Shown: positions 36,173 to 51,800 of the stretch, one piece after another
Numbering within the stretch: position 1 is the first letter of the stretch
How the letters are laid out: each line of letters starts with the position of its first letter
Source: Marsupella aquatica
Taxonomy: Eukaryota > Plantae > Marchantiophyta
DNA length: 64,000 nucleotides
Assembly: GCA_973895155.1 (NCBI GenBank)
Contig: OZ316891.1
Location: forward strand, 21,961,168-22,025,167
Direction: 5' to 3'
Notes under the pieces: model-generated
The model's database searches: none
What the model was told of the DNA's origin: nothing
What the model saw: only the letters and a program-made list of their open reading frames with translations
Translations under genes and position numbers: made by a program

Positions 36173-39100
36173 TCATGAAGAATTGTTTTTTCTAGCCATG
36201 AGTTCAGCTGCAACTTCATCAACACGGGGAGTTCCACTTGATGGAGCTTCCGCGTGCACAAATAAGTCCCCTTCCTCTTCATCGTGTTCGCTTGGTTTCT
36301 TGCTATGTGCACTCCCCGTGTCCTGCACTGAATTGAATGACGCCGTGGATATCGGTAACTTTGCCTTTTCAGTAACTTCCCGTGGGATCAGTTTTGCTAC
36401 ACACTCACCAGAGGCCAAAGCCACTGCTTGTCCTTTGTGTGTAATCTCCATTACTGTTGGTCTTTCATCGGGAGGAAGATTTTGTACCCAGGGCTCTCCA
36501 TCTACCCGCATGAACGTGTGGTCCACACCTCCCTTATGAAATTCAATCTTCACTTTATGGGCCTGCACCGAATGCCAATTTCTAGGATCAGATAACCATG
36601 AATATCACGTGCCCCAACAATGCAGGAACACCGCAGCTCATTGATGGAACTCATTTGAGTAACTAAAGGCATGATTCCCTACAACCTGAATATAAGTTCT
36701 CATAGGACCAATCATTTTGGCACAGCATCCCAGCCAAAACCTTACCCTAAGGCAATCCATGCGGCTGCTGCGCACGATACAACTTTGGCTGGGATACCAC
36801 TGATTAAAGCTTTGGAACTAATGTTATACAGACGAAGATCAAACAGTACTGTTTGGAGGGCAATTTTTGGATATGAAAGAAGTATCTGCCAATAAGAGCC
36901 GATAACTACTTTATAAATGCTTCATAACATAGACTTTCTTACTGGTCCTAAAAACTTTAGCCGAAGCTCCTGTAGGCCAGATCTTGCACGGATATCAATT
37001 CTGTATTTAGACCTTCTTACTGGTCCTAAAAACTTTAACCGAAGCTCCTGTAGGCCAGAACAAGATGCTCGGATATAAATTCTGTATTTAGATTACTTCT
37101 GCTGGAGCTCATTGCACCTGGCTTTGGATCTCTTTGAAGAAGTCTGAGGTGACACATAGGCTGGAAATACAATACAACTAATGCAAAGAGTTTGGGAAAG
37201 ACGATGACGGACCTGGGCTAGTCGCATCCCATGATGAGGCGGCATGAACAGCGCCAACCCATGCCATCCATCTCGGAAACCAACGATTTCAATCAACCCA
37301 TCATTCACGTAAGGAGCAGTTAAGCTCCGCTGCAAATGACCACAATTTATGTTACTTGGCCACCGCACACCTAATACAGTACTTGAAAACAAGCTGGTTT
37401 TTTGTAGGGATACTACAAAAGTCCTTAGCAAAGTAAGAAAAAATCTATTGCTAACCTAAGCACAACCGATTCAATGATCACCGCTGAATCCTTGACTTTC
37501 AAAGCAGATTCACATTCCATGAAAGACATAAGGGATTGTAGCAAACACCTTCTTCGATAATGAGGTTCCAGGAGAGCCCCAAGGATTCAATCCTCCAGAA
37601 AAGCTTGGCAAATTTAGCATGATAATAGACCTTATGCTGGGCATCATCAAGAATTTTCATAAAATCAGAACGTGCTTTACAGCTTGTAGGTCCACTGTAC
37701 TTATGTTGAGAAACAAGATTCCAACATGATTCATAAACAAGATCACATTCAAATATCAGGTCGTAGCCTGAGTAAGAAAAGATCAGGCTGTTGGCAGTCC
37801 AGGGGTACAGTAGCAATCAATACTAGGAACTACTTTGCAATGTCGCTGGAGGAAATACAAATCCAATAGGAAGTTCAGGTATCAAACCTCGATGCTATCT
37901 CAAGTTTGTGCCATTCGCCATCATATTTGGCGATAAAAATATTTGCCAGAGTGTTGATATTCCTGCAGCAGGTTTAATTTGATCAACTCAAAGCAATACA
38001 GACTAGAAGGCACGGACACGCGAGCTTCACAAAACTACAGAGACCTTTGTGTCAAGTGTCTCAAAACCATCCCAACATCAAATCAAAAGAGGCTAATGAT
38101 TATAAAGATAGCATTTCAACAAAATAATCGAATCTTCAAAGGATTCCTGTCTTTGTGATACAGTCGAACCTGGAACTTGTCATTCAAAGCAAAGAAAAAC
38201 AAGAAGCCGGAACTTATAGTCTCTCTGGTATTCTCATGTGTCCATGCGTGATTCGACTTACTTAGATCTGGGATGAAGACACGATGCACAAAACCACCCT
38301 TGCGTGCAAGCCAAACTAGCATATCTAGCCTGCAATTCCACCCAATCATAACATAGTGTCTTACAAATGTTGTTGATAATCGAACTGACGGTTACACAAC
38401 GATACAGTCCAAGAGTACCTCAATCTTTAAATAAAACTACCGTCAAAGGAAAGCCTTCACCCTGACCCATTGTGCGACAAAGCGTTTCAAATACCTGGTT
38501 CATGAATTGATTCTTGAACTTCTCTGGGTGTTCTTGCCGTAAATTGTGAAATTCATATGAGACTTGTGAATCCATCCCTGCAGAATAAGGACAACTTCAG
38601 ACCACAAATCTAACCGGCAACGAAATACCGATAACCGGGAAATAAGAAACGTGACTTCCATGCTGCAACCCTCCTCTGATTTAATTCCTAGAGTGATGTC
38701 TATGCTTGAAAGCCGTGCCAAACCTACCGATACTTAAGTAGTTCCAAAAGCCTCCTTGATAAGAATGGCGCCCAGACTGCAAGGAACGTCAAATATTGTC
38801 AACTAGACTTCAGTTACGAGTAACACTGTGTCCACAACCCACTAAACCTAACCTCATTTCTGACGATTTTTCCACGAGAGCAAGGAGTCAGATTCCTACG
38901 TTCCTGTAACCGTGATACATATGAAAGATTCAGGATAGTGGTTGAGGGAGTCAAAACTTGAAGCGAGGACGGTATGGTTCTCAAAATCAATCCTCTTAGA
39001 CACAACGCAACAATGTAATAAAAGGATAACATAACTTGCCTCAAAGCCTTCACTTTTGTCAGTCAGACGTTGAAAAGATTTTAGTTGGATCAAATTGTGC

Positions 39101-41029
39101 ACTCTATTCCAACTGTGACTAGACATCCTTTTCAACGGACTATCCTCGACAGTCTTGGACATGCGAATGACGACATGCCACCTGCGCCAACGCATTTTCT
39201 AGACATGAGTGTCTCAATCTTCGTACATGGAAGTGTTAGTGACTCAACATCGCGTCGTAGTCCACAGAAATTCCCCAGCTTTCTTTCTAGGGACAAGACA
39301 TATTTGGCTCATTTGAGTTATTATGGTAAGTCAAACTCGAAAGGGGTATAGGAAGGATTATCCACGCGAGTTAGCAACAAAAACACCCAGGCGCTCTACA
39401 ATGTATTGCGGGATAAATTAGAGTAGGATTTGTGTGAGCCTGTGGAGCAGTCCACAAGCTTCCTGCGAGTATAATTGGTTTCTGTATCAAGTGTATGCTA
39501 TCATAACCAGTGTACCTGTCAACAGGCATGGGCTTTGCCTCTGCTGTTTTCTGCAAAATCTCCCGCATAGCTTCAACAGTTGTCGGAGGGTTTTTCTTAC
39601 CCTGCCATAAGACGATCAGAACATCAAACAGTCAAGAGTACATGAGACAACGGTCACTTCCTGAATAGGATCCTCGAACACTCAGTATACTCTAAACGCT
39701 AAATTTCCTACCTTTTCGTGGAGAAACATTTTTAAGAAATAACCTGAACTATCATCAATTACTCCTTCGCATACTCACCCATCCGAAAGAAAAGGGAAGA
39801 TTATTCCCAGTGCCAAGAGGGATGGTGGATATGGGTGGCAACTCTTCTAGATGCAGGTCTGCAACGACTCCCAGCAACCAACCATGTGTGCCATCTCCTC
39901 CAGCCACCTGTCAAACGAATATGGTACGCTCCGGCATCATCTACTGGAATAGATGCTTTGCAAGCAAGAGGCCGACTAACTTCCTCATTACAAATTTACA
40001 AATCACCTGAGTTCCGTTCGGTTTCATGAATTTGATTTGTTAAACCACCACTTTCTGTTCTCTAGTAGTAAACTCAGAACTCTAGGCAAATGCATCTGCT
40101 GTCGATCACATCGCTGATGCTCATGGATTTCTAAAGTGTTATCTCAAATAGACCACAAGATCGTACAATGAGGCGGAGCCGGCTTCTAATCTCAGTGGCG
40201 AAACTGTCTCCATCTTCCTCCAGAGATTTTAGGTGTGCTAAAAATTGCCCCAGCTTTTCCTCAGGATTTTCTTTAGGGAGCTCGTAGACCTGATCATATG
40301 AACAACAAACACTCCAATCAAACGAGAAACACTCAGATTGACCAGTCAGACACAGGCAGCAATGTAAGCGATGATTTTTCTGCGTAAGAAGGTGTTCTTA
40401 AATATGTTGTATATTAAATTAGAGACCAATTGTGAAGGTAAAGATTAACTCCATCGATAGCGCTAGATATAGCTGCTCCTCACACTTGCATAACACATTC
40501 AACAGGACATACAACTCAGTAAAACGAATTGTCTGGTGAAGAACTGAAGCGACAAGCAATCCATTCTAAAGCAGTAATCAAACACAAAATTCCTGTGGAT
40601 GAGTGACGTACCTGCTTTGGATGCAAAAGAGCACGAAGATGTGGGATAATCTGAGCTCCCAGCTGACCGCCACTCTTGCCGTTAATAAAAACCAGTACAG
40701 GACAGCTGTACATCATCCACCATTACGAGTAAAATTGAGCTTACACGCGCAAATACGAGACCAAACTTATCATTGTAAACCCTTTTGTGGCAGTTTCGGC
40801 AAGAGGTTTCCTGCAAGGTCAAGAAAAATATAACTTCCCAAGACACAGCACTGCGACAATTTTCTTCTCTTAAAGGAGCAATGCGGCAAGAGCGGTACCT
40901 CGGAATTGGCATATTCTGTGCATTTGCGGGAGCAATCTCCCCATTTAGTATATACTCTGGTATAACGAAGTCCTCCATGAGTTGTACTGTCTCTCCCGGC
41001 TCCCCGTTTCCTCTCCCCGCTCTCGACAT
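36173..41029 (-). CDS. DGK: Diacylglycerol kinase (plant DGK5-like, no C1 domains), multi-exon
   Basis: Exons encode [83 protein letters not shown] and FMRVDGEPW. Splice sites flank them. Confidence 0.93.
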
Positions 41030-44000
41030 GGAGAAAAACTCAATTCACTCGCAGCGTGGGCGGGCTGCTATCTTCGGAGGCGTCGATCAGATTCTTCGGC
41101 AAATGCAACCTCCAAAATGGATGACAACCAGCTGTCCTCTATTGTCCCTCAGCTAAAAAAAATCTCATAGTTTGACCACAATGAAAGCGTGACTATTGCA
41201 AGGCCGCCCACGAAATCCCCTCGTAACCTCAAAGATTTCAAAGCCACTTCCAGAGCCAATTTTTTCCCTCCTCCGTCCTGTTTCGAAGAATTCAAAGCCG
41301 GCCTTAATCAAGTGACGAGCTCATGACCGCTGAAGTGTTGCGAATAAGAAGGCCAGATATTTACGACGACTAACTAAACGCGGGTAGCCTCTCCGACGCA
41401 AAAATTAGCGCAGGCCTGCAAGTACGCGAAAAAGCTCCAGAGTGTCAGCACCAGCAATACTACTCCTGTCCCCGTTAACGCGTTTCCCTCTTGCGAGAGG
41501 TAACCGCGTACTTTTATGTTCATACATTTAAGCTACCGACGCAAAACAGGTACTAAAAACCATGGCGGCTAATCCTCCGAAAGCTGAGACGAGATGAGCA
41601 CTACACTTTCTACCGTCACTCGTGCTGAATAGAATTGGGTGATAAGTGTTTCTCACACTTCCCGACGACAGGCCGCCGGTGATCTAACCGGCATTGAACG
41701 CGTGCCTAAAAGAAGAAAAGAACGATCCACGCAAGGAGGCACCTTGCAGTCTCCAACGGTAATCGCAAGGAGGTAATCTAACCCAATGGGCTCGTGGATT
41801 GATGAAAGCTTTGCAATGAGACAAGGACATTCTACGTCGGAATCAATTTACAAAGCAGACACCTATGTCAGTCAGCTCTCTCCGGGGAGAAGAAGCTCTG
41901 CCCTTGCTACGGAGTAAGATCTATCATCCATTACCGAAAAATAAGAAACAGATCTGTAGCAGGAATGCAGCAGTTGATACCTCATGACTCGCCCTCCGCT
42001 GCCGATACAATCTCTCTACAGAATGACAAGAGGCTCTACATTGGTTCGGACGAAAGATTTATATCCATCACGATGTTTCATTCTTCTTAAAAAGCAAAAT
42101 CTGTACTAACCTGCTCTACATGTTCCCGGTCCGTATCTCCGTGAATGAATCAAAACGTGAATCGCACAATTCGTGCTGGACGTACTATAATTTCATGATT
42201 ACTGTCTATCTTCATCTATAAATTTAAGTAAAACAAAATAATGTGCCACGGACTTGGATACACCTCATACGGCATTGAAGGGAAGGGTAGCTTGACAGAC
42301 GTATAAAATTGAGGACAATAGTGCTAATGGACGTTCATTGTCTCTTTCCAACAAACAAAGACCGAGGACGAAAGTATGTGACAGACGGCATCTGTCTCGC
42401 AAAATGCTGGACACAACATTTAGCACAATTTTTAAGCTGCCGGCACAGTGGGAGTGCACTTTAGGCAGAGCACTGTAGCAAGCTTTCCGGGCTAAAGGTA
42501 AGCAATCGCGCCAATCGCGCCAAACGCGCCCCACCCGTAGAGCCCCGCTTTCTAAGGATTGTTCGTCCCTAATGTACCGTCATTGAATGTAGTTTGCAGC
42601 GCACAAAAACATTATAACGTAAGAGCACGAGTACCAATCGCTAGAACAGAATGCTCAATTTTGCGCCAGAGCCTAGGGATCTCACGCAAAGATGTCGCAA
42701 TTGAACAGGTGATCGCACGACACAGAACCTATTTCAAATTGAACAACCCGAAATCCATCATTACCTTACTGAGCTCCCAATGGCACCCTGGCTCCATCCT
42801 CGAAGGTCGGTTGCTCCAACAGGCCGTTGAACCGAAACCAATCAATCGAACAACCCCGCCCTCCGCTTTCTCCAAGTCCCGCAGAAAAGAGCTCCACTCC
42901 ACCAAATGAAATTGCGTTAAGCTACCTTTTTCAGTCAGATTCCGCGCTCCCGTCGATTCTATGCGGAAAGCCTGCTCTCACCTGCCTGCCTGCCTGCAAT
43001 CGCCTCCACAAACCCAAGCTCCGATCGCTCCCTAGCACTCCCCCATCTGCATCCACAAGAAGCGTGCAGACGGCAGAGTTCTTCTTCTTCTTCTTCTTCT
43101 CTCTGTCTCTCTCCGGTGTCTTCCAATTCCAAAGGACCTTTCCTAAAGTGAAAAGTGGGAATCTTTCAGTAATTCGAAGTAAACTCTACAATTGTTTTTA
43201 CTGGGCATTTCACATGACTGCGGTACTGAATATTCTGCCCATCCCCAATCCAATCTACTTCATAGAGTCATCACTAGGGTGAAAGAGAATGACCTATTGA
43301 TTTTGGAAGGAGGCTTCAGTTTAGGGTCCCTGCCAATTGCAAAGTATTAGGTTTTGACAAACTTGTTCATTTCTTTTGATAGCATGTGATATATGTTTTT
43401 AAATCTCCAATTTTTCCCAAATGTTATTTGATGTCCAGTTTATTATTTCACTAAGTTTGATCATTCTTTTTGTGATCATTGACTCCATTTTGGAAAAACA
43501 TACAGATGGTACATGCTCCAGAGTTGATGGTCTGCCCTTTGTTGGATAGGTCTTATTATTTCCGTAAGTTTGATATTTGTTTTAGATTATTTACTCCATT
43601 TTGGAAAAATATAAAGATGGTACACGAATGGTACACGTTCCAGGGTTGATGGTCTACCCTTTGTTGGATAGGTCAGCTTTTGGTTTCAAGACAAAACAAA
43701 AAATAATAATACTCAACATATTCAAAGTGACCATTGGTTCATATTTATCAGCAAATGAGCTGGACCCATGTAGTATGCGGTGCCATGGGGATCCACCTAT
43801 AGACACTCATCATTTCTCATTTCAAAAAAATGCGATTCAAAAATATATTCTCAACTTTAATTTTTAAAATTAATGCAAACACTGAAAAGTCATAGTTTAC
43901 ACCTGCATGCCCATAATTGTTTACTTTCCGAAGGCAGAAAGTTATGCTCTGTCGCTATTTCCTGACCGAGACGTACGGGCACTTACTCCAACTTTGCAAT

Positions 44001-44329
44001 AATCTCCAGCAATCTAGGGTTGTATCTAACGGTGGCTACGTTGCGTTCTCCGGTGGGACCCATGGGAAGGTTCTGGTTAATTCATTATTTTACTAGATTC
44101 TCTACAATAATGGTGACAAATGACAGCGTATTGGGTTGTGGGCGATGGGTCCCATGCAACGCTACTTTTAAGGTATTTCCAAATTCGCTGCGAATGTCGG
44201 CTGTTAATTATCTGATTTTCGTAAAATTCTGCTGGTTAGATCTCCTTAGATTTTACTTATGACGATTAGATTCTGGCTTATGGACTCGTGATTAGGTGGG
44301 AAACGGGTTACTAGGACACAAAAATTAGT

Positions 44330-45250
44330 CAATCTTTACCCGAAAACTTTTTGGAGTGGTGTAATGTAACATAGATATGCTTATTAAACCCTAACACAAT
44401 CCCACCTATCACCTCGATGACGTGCCCTGCACAAGATGAAGGCCATGATGGTGTGAAACTATTGGGGGCAGCAACGAGAAGGTTTTGTGACATTCTCCTA
44501 GTGCACATCCACAATTATGTACTAGAGAGCCTCTGTTTGGAGAGAGGCTTACAGGTAAGAATGAAAGCCCTAAACCATTAGTCGATATTCTGTCTATTCT
44601 TGTTCATGTAATGTTTACATGATGGTTCCTAACAAGACAAGTGTATGTTGGTATGTGAATAGAGCATGGGTGGATAACCAATTGACATTGTCATCATGGG
44701 AAACATCATGGTTGCACTCATTGAGTGTTTGGGCACAAGACCGCATGGACCATTTCTTGCAGACACATGGCCCTACATCCATTGACGAGGATTTACATAA
44801 CATCATTAGGGGGGCATCTAGTATTACAACAATCTCTCACACACATGTATGATTTTGGGCGTCATTTTAGAACTTGGAGGACTGATCACATGAAGAAAAC
44901 AACTACCAATTCCTCTATTTTCATGTCCACATATGATGGGGACAATGATATATTATATTGCCGTACCATTCGAGATATTTTGGAGGTGGGCTTTGGCTCT
45001 TTCAACACAATTGTGTTGCAGGTGAAATGGTAAAAGTCAATCATGTCGCCTCCTAATTGAGCCAGAATGGTTCAGGATGAATATGGATTTTACCGTGTCG
45101 ATGTACACTGCACAAATTAAGGGCACCAGCAGGGGAAAAGTATAGTGACACGGTAGTCTTCCCAAGCCAAGTGGATCAGTGCACGACCATCATGGTCTGT
45201 TATTGTGCCAGTTGTCCACGAAAGGTGAGAACTCTTGATGAGATAATGAA
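44330..45250 (+). pseudogene. CACTA/En-Spm transposase C-terminal (DUF4216-like) relic
   Basis: FGRHFRT...LYCRTIRDILEVGFGSFNTIVLQVKW*...QDEYGFYRVD resembles the Tnp2 DUF4216 pattern, with in-frame stops. Confidence 0.6.
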
Positions 45251-47268
45251 TAGAGTTAGATTTTAGGCCGCGTAACTTACATAATTTTGCATTTTGACAA
45301 ACTATGTCGCATTGTCAAAAGACTTGAGAGAATGTTAACCAGATGTAATGTTGTGAAGAGCAATGTCAATTACCATGAGCACTGTACTTTACATCTCACA
45401 GGACAACATTACTACCTATATGCATTCAGATTCATAAATCCCTGTCTTTTGTTTTCCTTCATATTTCTGGCTGTATTGGAGAGCATAATTTGCCCATCCT
45501 CCGCTCCCCCACTCATCCATAAGAATTTGAAGCTTGGATGGACCAAGACACTGTCCCTGCCCATCCCCATGGGCTGCATAAAGTGATCCCTAATAATTTG
45601 TTGGATCCAAGTAAAATCCGGATAATAAACTGAATAATTCTCGATCTGGTATTTCTTCCAGCACAATCCCTTCCGGTTCATTACACCAAAAAACAAAAAC
45701 AAAGTAGTTGCAGATCGCGCTTGACAACTTTGACTACCATGTGGAGAAAGTCAAGACATCAAGTCATGTTTTTTTGAAAATGGCCTCTGTTCAATGTATA
45801 TTGTCTTAAAGGGTTAGCAATGTTGCCGGGAGAAGAACTGAGCTTGAAGCTCCAATGTTAGCCCAATTGAAAGTAAGCAAAATTGATCAATGATATGGAC
45901 GATGTGATCGAAAACATTAATTGGTGCCACTTCATTGCTTCCATATGAATCTAGACTATATTTCAATATATTTTTGAAACTGCTATATATGGTGAATCCA
46001 CCTTTCAGATTTTGTCTTATTCAAAATTTTCATGTCATATATTTTTATTTCAATATGCCTTATCAAGGGGCAGCCTGTGTATCATATACATTTTTAATAA
46101 ATTTATTGACCCCTCTAATTTTTAGTATCTAAAATATTTTGAACTTATTTTGGCAGCCCCCTTATAAATTTTAATGTTTGTGATTATTAGAAATGAAATG
46201 AAAGGCTCCACCACTTGAACATTCTCATGAATGAGAAAAATAATTCTGATTGTGTTTTAAGTTCCCCTCATGTTTTTTTTTCCTAAGTTTATGGTTTTTA
46301 TTGAAATGAGTGTCATTCATGAGGACATTGAATTAAGTGCACACATCTTAGCATCCTTGACTGTACTTTTCATTGGTCACTGTGCACCAATCTTTCTAGT
46401 TATGTTTTTATATTTTATTTACTTTCAAATCACTACAAGACAAAAACTCAAGCATGTTAGGGATGAGCATGCTATATTAGCATTGTTGAGTTGTTAAGAA
46501 CTTCACAAGTAGATAACACATTGTCTAAATGTAAATGATTACTTGATGACTTACTTGACAGGGTTGTCAAAGTTGTCAACACTTGCCAACATAAACTTTA
46601 GTTTTGAATCTGGCAAATGGGCTGATTTATTTGAAGGATTTATGGATCTCAGTTTAAGCTGAAATTCTTCTGGCATGGTCTCTGATGTCAATCTATTTCC
46701 TGACAAAGTTTGAGACTTTCTGAGATCATTTGCCTCATTTTCAGTGAACACAAAGAAGATAAAATATTATAAATCATGATTTCGTTTTACGTTAGGAAAA
46801 TTTCGAGTCTTCCAATGTTTCAAATGCTTATGTGGAGTGTGAAAGAAGTGTTTGTTATATTATTGACCATGATTGGTGACCGGTCTCGTTTCGTTCAATT
46901 CGTTGGTCAGGGACACTACGGTCATCTGTGAGATGTGATAGAAGTGGCTGGTTGATCAGGGCTTTCTTTCACATTTCTCGTCGCGACATGCAAAGTGGGT
47001 TCCCAAGACAGGCAAGTCACACCTCGTTTGGACCGGTTCCTGCTGTTGAAAGTGATACCTCGCTTAACACTACAGGTCAAGATCACTCAAGCAACTCTTT
47101 AAATGCCAATTTTCGCTTTCAGTACTGTAGTTTCCTCTTCGTTATACCTGTCCCAAAGTGGAACCTCGCTGTCGTAATGACACTCTTAAGCCACTCTTCG
47201 AAGAAAATGGTCAGTAGAGCACGAGATTCTCGAAGGAAAATAATATGGTTATTAGTTCTGTAGGTTGG

Positions 47269-47582
47269 TTGATTTTTGTCCGCGAATCTTCAAGGTCTTC
47301 GCTAGTTTCTGGTGCCCAGGCTAGCTTGTGTGTGGGGCCAGGATTCGATTTAGGCGACGAATTAGGCAATCTTACTCATTGGATCTGGGTTTATTCTTTC
47401 ATCACCTGTGTCGTTAGGCAAGGGCGTTGATTTTCGCTCGCGAATCTTCAAGGTCTTCGCTAGTTTGTGGTGCCCAGGCTAGCTTGTGTGTGGGGCCAGG
47501 ATTCGAATTAGGCGAGGAATTAGGCAATCTTACTCATTGGATCTGGGTTTATTCTTTCATCAGCTATGTCATTAGGCAAGGG
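47269..47582. repeat. 158-bp tandem duplication
   Basis: TTGATTTT..CGCGAATCTTCAAGGTCTTCGCTAG...TTAGGCAAGGG occurs twice (47269, 47427). Confidence 0.92.
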
Positions 47583-48819
47583 AGTCTCTCACCTCGTCTG
47601 CCTACAGCGACATTGCATCTGCTCTTTCTATTCCTGGTTACAGCAACGTATCACTGTCGTTGGAATTTAACACCCATAAAGTCAGCCGTCATATGAATGT
47701 CGAGGGATCGGTTTAGCTGAGAGTTTTGACAATTCTAAACTGCTACCATATATGGGATCTTAGCTTTTGATGATCATCATGGATCATGGTATCTATTACG
47801 TACAAAGTGTTACTTTAGCTTTGTCACGTGATTGGACGGAGGTAAAGTTCAAGCGAGTTTTTGTTTGGGACCGAGGAATTTGGCCGGTCTAAACAGATTT
47901 TCTTTCGCTGAAGGCGTCGGACCTCGCGTTGGACAGATTTGTCGGACCCAAATGCTGCCATGCCTGGAAAACAAACGGTCTTAGTACGTTCTTGATACCA
48001 GTGGATAGTCAAGTCCTTGCTCAAATAAGATTGACGATTTTACGCTTCCTGTAGCCTCGCCTGTTGTACGCTAGACGGATCGTCGTATTCATAATTTGAA
48101 CAACGAACCAATCTGTTCTGGTTTCAATTACGTATGAGATGTGGACTCTGCCTGGCTGCGGTTGGAAGAGTTTACTAAACCATCAAGCCTCGATACATCT
48201 TCGTTGAATGCGTTCCTCAGTCCGTTCTCTCATTTGTGAGCGTGCAAGCTACTGAAGTTGATGCAACACGAATTGATCTCGGAATGATTTTGAGGCTGAA
48301 AACTTGTCCAGGTAGTCGATTCTCCATAAATTCGAAGCATCAAGTTGCGACGACTGAAGGCTTACTACCAGCACGCCAGGTTGTAACAGTTGCACAGACT
48401 CGCAATGAAAATCCCAGATCAATCCATTCCCATCACCCGGCGGAGCCAGGACCATGTTGTCATCGTGACCTTAACGTTCAGCTTGTGTTTTCCAGTCTAT
48501 CATGTTGCAGACATCGAATGCAGCGTGTCAAGCAGACTAGGTAAGGCTCAAACGCAGTGTATCTTGGTTACAAAGCTAGTGAACTGGCAGGATACTCTAC
48601 ATTCGGGGACTTAAAAACTGATCCACCACCACAGTTCAATCATACTACAGACACCACTAAATGACGAGTCCAACGTCACAAATTGAAGTAGAGGCATTCA
48701 GCAAGAATGCATGCTTTAACCCCTGCTTTAATATTCGTTATTAAACAGTGCGATGAACTGGCCTGATAAGACAATTCTGGAGTACTGATGTCAGAAACCC
48801 CGGCCCGGGGGGACATTCT

Positions 48820-51800
48820 TCAGCCAAAGGCATACGGATCATCACCTTTATAGTAAGGTACCAACCCATCGATTTCAAACAAGTCGCTAATAGCTGGCGA
48901 GGGTGCCCTTGAGGACGTCTTAATTAATTCGATCTTCTGTTCACAACATATGCACAGTCAGTAGGTCAGTTCAGGTCGGCCAAAATCAGACGATTGATTA
49001 AGTCCCATAAATCCAATGAAGCTAAGACAGATGACTGGGAAAGATCTACTGACTACGATAATGTTGGCATACAATGCATTTGATCTCGGTTCTAACTTTT
49101 GGTAATCTTCCTTCAACAGAAAAAGCCTCCAGTTATTGCATAAGAAAAAGTTAATTTTTTTCCCAAAATAGCTTGTCCTTTACTCGCCAACCTCAAAATT
49201 CCACAAGCCTTCCTTTCCTAGCTACTGTGGATCTCTCGCGAGAGAATCATGTAGGACATATCAATTACGTTACCTAGCTTTCACTCCAGCTGCCCAATTG
49301 AGTCTGCACACTCTTATCATCTACATATCTCTAAGGTCCTCAAAGCCTACCATCACGTGTAACTCGGGTGAACATACTTCCTGCGAGACGTCTTTAGTGG
49401 ACTTTCGAACTCTGCGTTTGGGAACTGTCTTCTTTTGCTCCAAAGGGAAGCCAAGCACATTATGACTAGTTCCCTGGAAATCAACCCACATCACTGTCAA
49501 ATTTACCAGCAGTAAACGTCCTGTAGTCCGAAAGATCTCAGGTTCAAACGAATGCAAAGAAAGATTTTGAACGATTTGTGTTTACATTATGACAATTCTA
49601 TGTCGCACCTGAACGTTTAATCCTTAAACTCCTTCGGACGGTACCTCCACAAAATCTAACAATGTTCTTGCATGCAGAACACCATGAAATACCATTGCAC
49701 AGAACAGAGTGCACAATACAGATTTGCGTTTGTTCTATCTCATGATTATACCTTGTGCTTTGTAGTCTTATGTCTACGACTTTCCAGGTTGTAACTCTAG
49801 CGGAATTATATGTCTGACCCTAGTAGGACAAACTTTTGTAGGAAAGGCCAGAGAAAAATTGGGGGCAATTGGTCCACGCACACGGAGATGCGAGAGGGTC
49901 TAACGGGAAAGTGCTACCTTCTGATGGGTTGGACCAGGCATTGGATGTAGGTCCGATTGTTGCGAGCATGTCAATCCTGTCTGCCTTCGGGACTCGTCCA
50001 CCGAATGCTGGCCACGCTTTATTATTTGTTGCTGGTGCGGTTCATTATCCTGCGAATGCAACCAGAATTACTTTTATCTGCTCATTGAACGTTTAGTCAA
50101 GTCCTTACACAGTCCACTCGAGCCCCGTAAGTACCTTTGTCATCAATTTGGACTTCTTGTTTCCGGACGAACAAACTTCCATAGCTTTCGTTGGCTCGGT
50201 TGACGGTTGATGCTGCCGGATTGGCACCTTATCATGATTATCCAGAAAACCCTACGCGCATGAGCTGAAATTGTCAATATGGTGGCAAAGGAAATTCCAA
50301 AATGCTTGAGATGGACCGCGCGAACTAAACCCTGGAAACCTAGCTTATGTTGCATGTGGGGGTCGGTAAGTTCCACGAACCTTTTTCCGGGACGTTCTAC
50401 CGTGTTTTCTGGGACCCTCGTCTGGAAGACTCATGATATCCATCTTTCTTTTCTCAGGTCTCGGACTTTGTTGGTTTTTGTGTTTACCCTGCATCTAAAT
50501 ATCACTGACACTTTAACAAGCTGAAAACTGTGGGGCAGCTTTATAGACAAAGTCGTTCTCAATCTCCCAGGAAGCTCTTCATTTACAGAGGAGAAATACC
50601 TGTTGCGCCGACTTCTGACTTTCTTTGTCAGCATCCTCGTCGGTAGTGTCTGTAAGATCGACAGTGTTTTTTACCTTCAATCTTACGTTCGGCTGCTGGG
50701 ACATTTTATCCTGGAGGTGTGGAACCATATAGTTCGCCGACGTCGAATGTCAGATCCAAATTCATAGTAGGAGGTCATGACTCGCTGATATATTGCTGGC
50801 TGAAAGAAGATATGGGCGAGTCATTACCTTTGTCATCGGCGTTACCACTGGAATCGGGATATCCTTACAAACAAGGACTTCAGTGACAGTCATCTTAAAG
50901 TCCTGATTTACAACTTGCAGATCTTTATCCTCCTCCGAACCCTTTCTTGTACTGATCTGCTGGAGAGCCTCTTTCAACTGGATTTCCCACCCCAAAGCCT
51001 TCGATCTCCACTACAGGAAATTTAAGCCCACATAATTCGGCCAAAATCAGTCCTTGTTCTAGAAGGGTCGTTGTATTTTGAGAGAAGTCTTCAATTGACG
51101 GTCTTTGTAAGAAGGTTATATATACCTCATTTAATTCCCGACTCAGCGAATTCTGCACGTTCTCGATTTGAGCCTCGTGCTCATCGTCCAACTTCTCAAG
51201 CTGCAACACATGATTGCCAGGAGATACTCATTAAAATTTCGATAGGATACTCCTTAGTATAGCATCTGAAGTTGCTTCACAAAAAGCCATTGTCCATGAT
51301 ATCAATTCGATGGAGAATGGCTGAAGCTAATCTTTCTCATCTCACAATGTCATCTCAAAAACAAGTGTATCATTCTCGAGGTAAAACAGTCAAACGGTGT
51401 CCATCATGATGCAATTTTGAGGGATACACCTATACTTCATGTTCTACAGGAGAAGTGTATTTGAGTCCAATCAAAACGATAACACACGTATGTCTCGAGA
51501 ATCACTTCCATGAGATTACTTGTGCTTTATGCTCTTCTGCTTTCGTGATAAGAAGGTCTTCATATGTGACCTGCATCTCCTTCATCGCCTGGTGCAATCT
51601 AGACTTTTCTTCAGTCATCTGGTAAAGTAAATGACAAAAACGACTAAGTGAATTTTTGACCACTCGATCTTGATACCTGTATCGTGAATCAAGCGTAAGC
51701 AGCTAGTATTGCTAAATTTTCATTTACGCTTGTATCAACGAATAGTATTTCACTGGCTCCAAGACAACTCTAAAGACTTGAACGGTCAGCCCGAGGCAAA

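Noticed and set aside
36915-37092. ~80-bp tandem duplication in a DGK intron
   Set aside because: Ordinary local duplication with no evident function.
46431-46445. CACTA terminus CACTACAAGA
   Set aside because: It points away from the DUF4216 relic and no partner TIR or TSD was seen.
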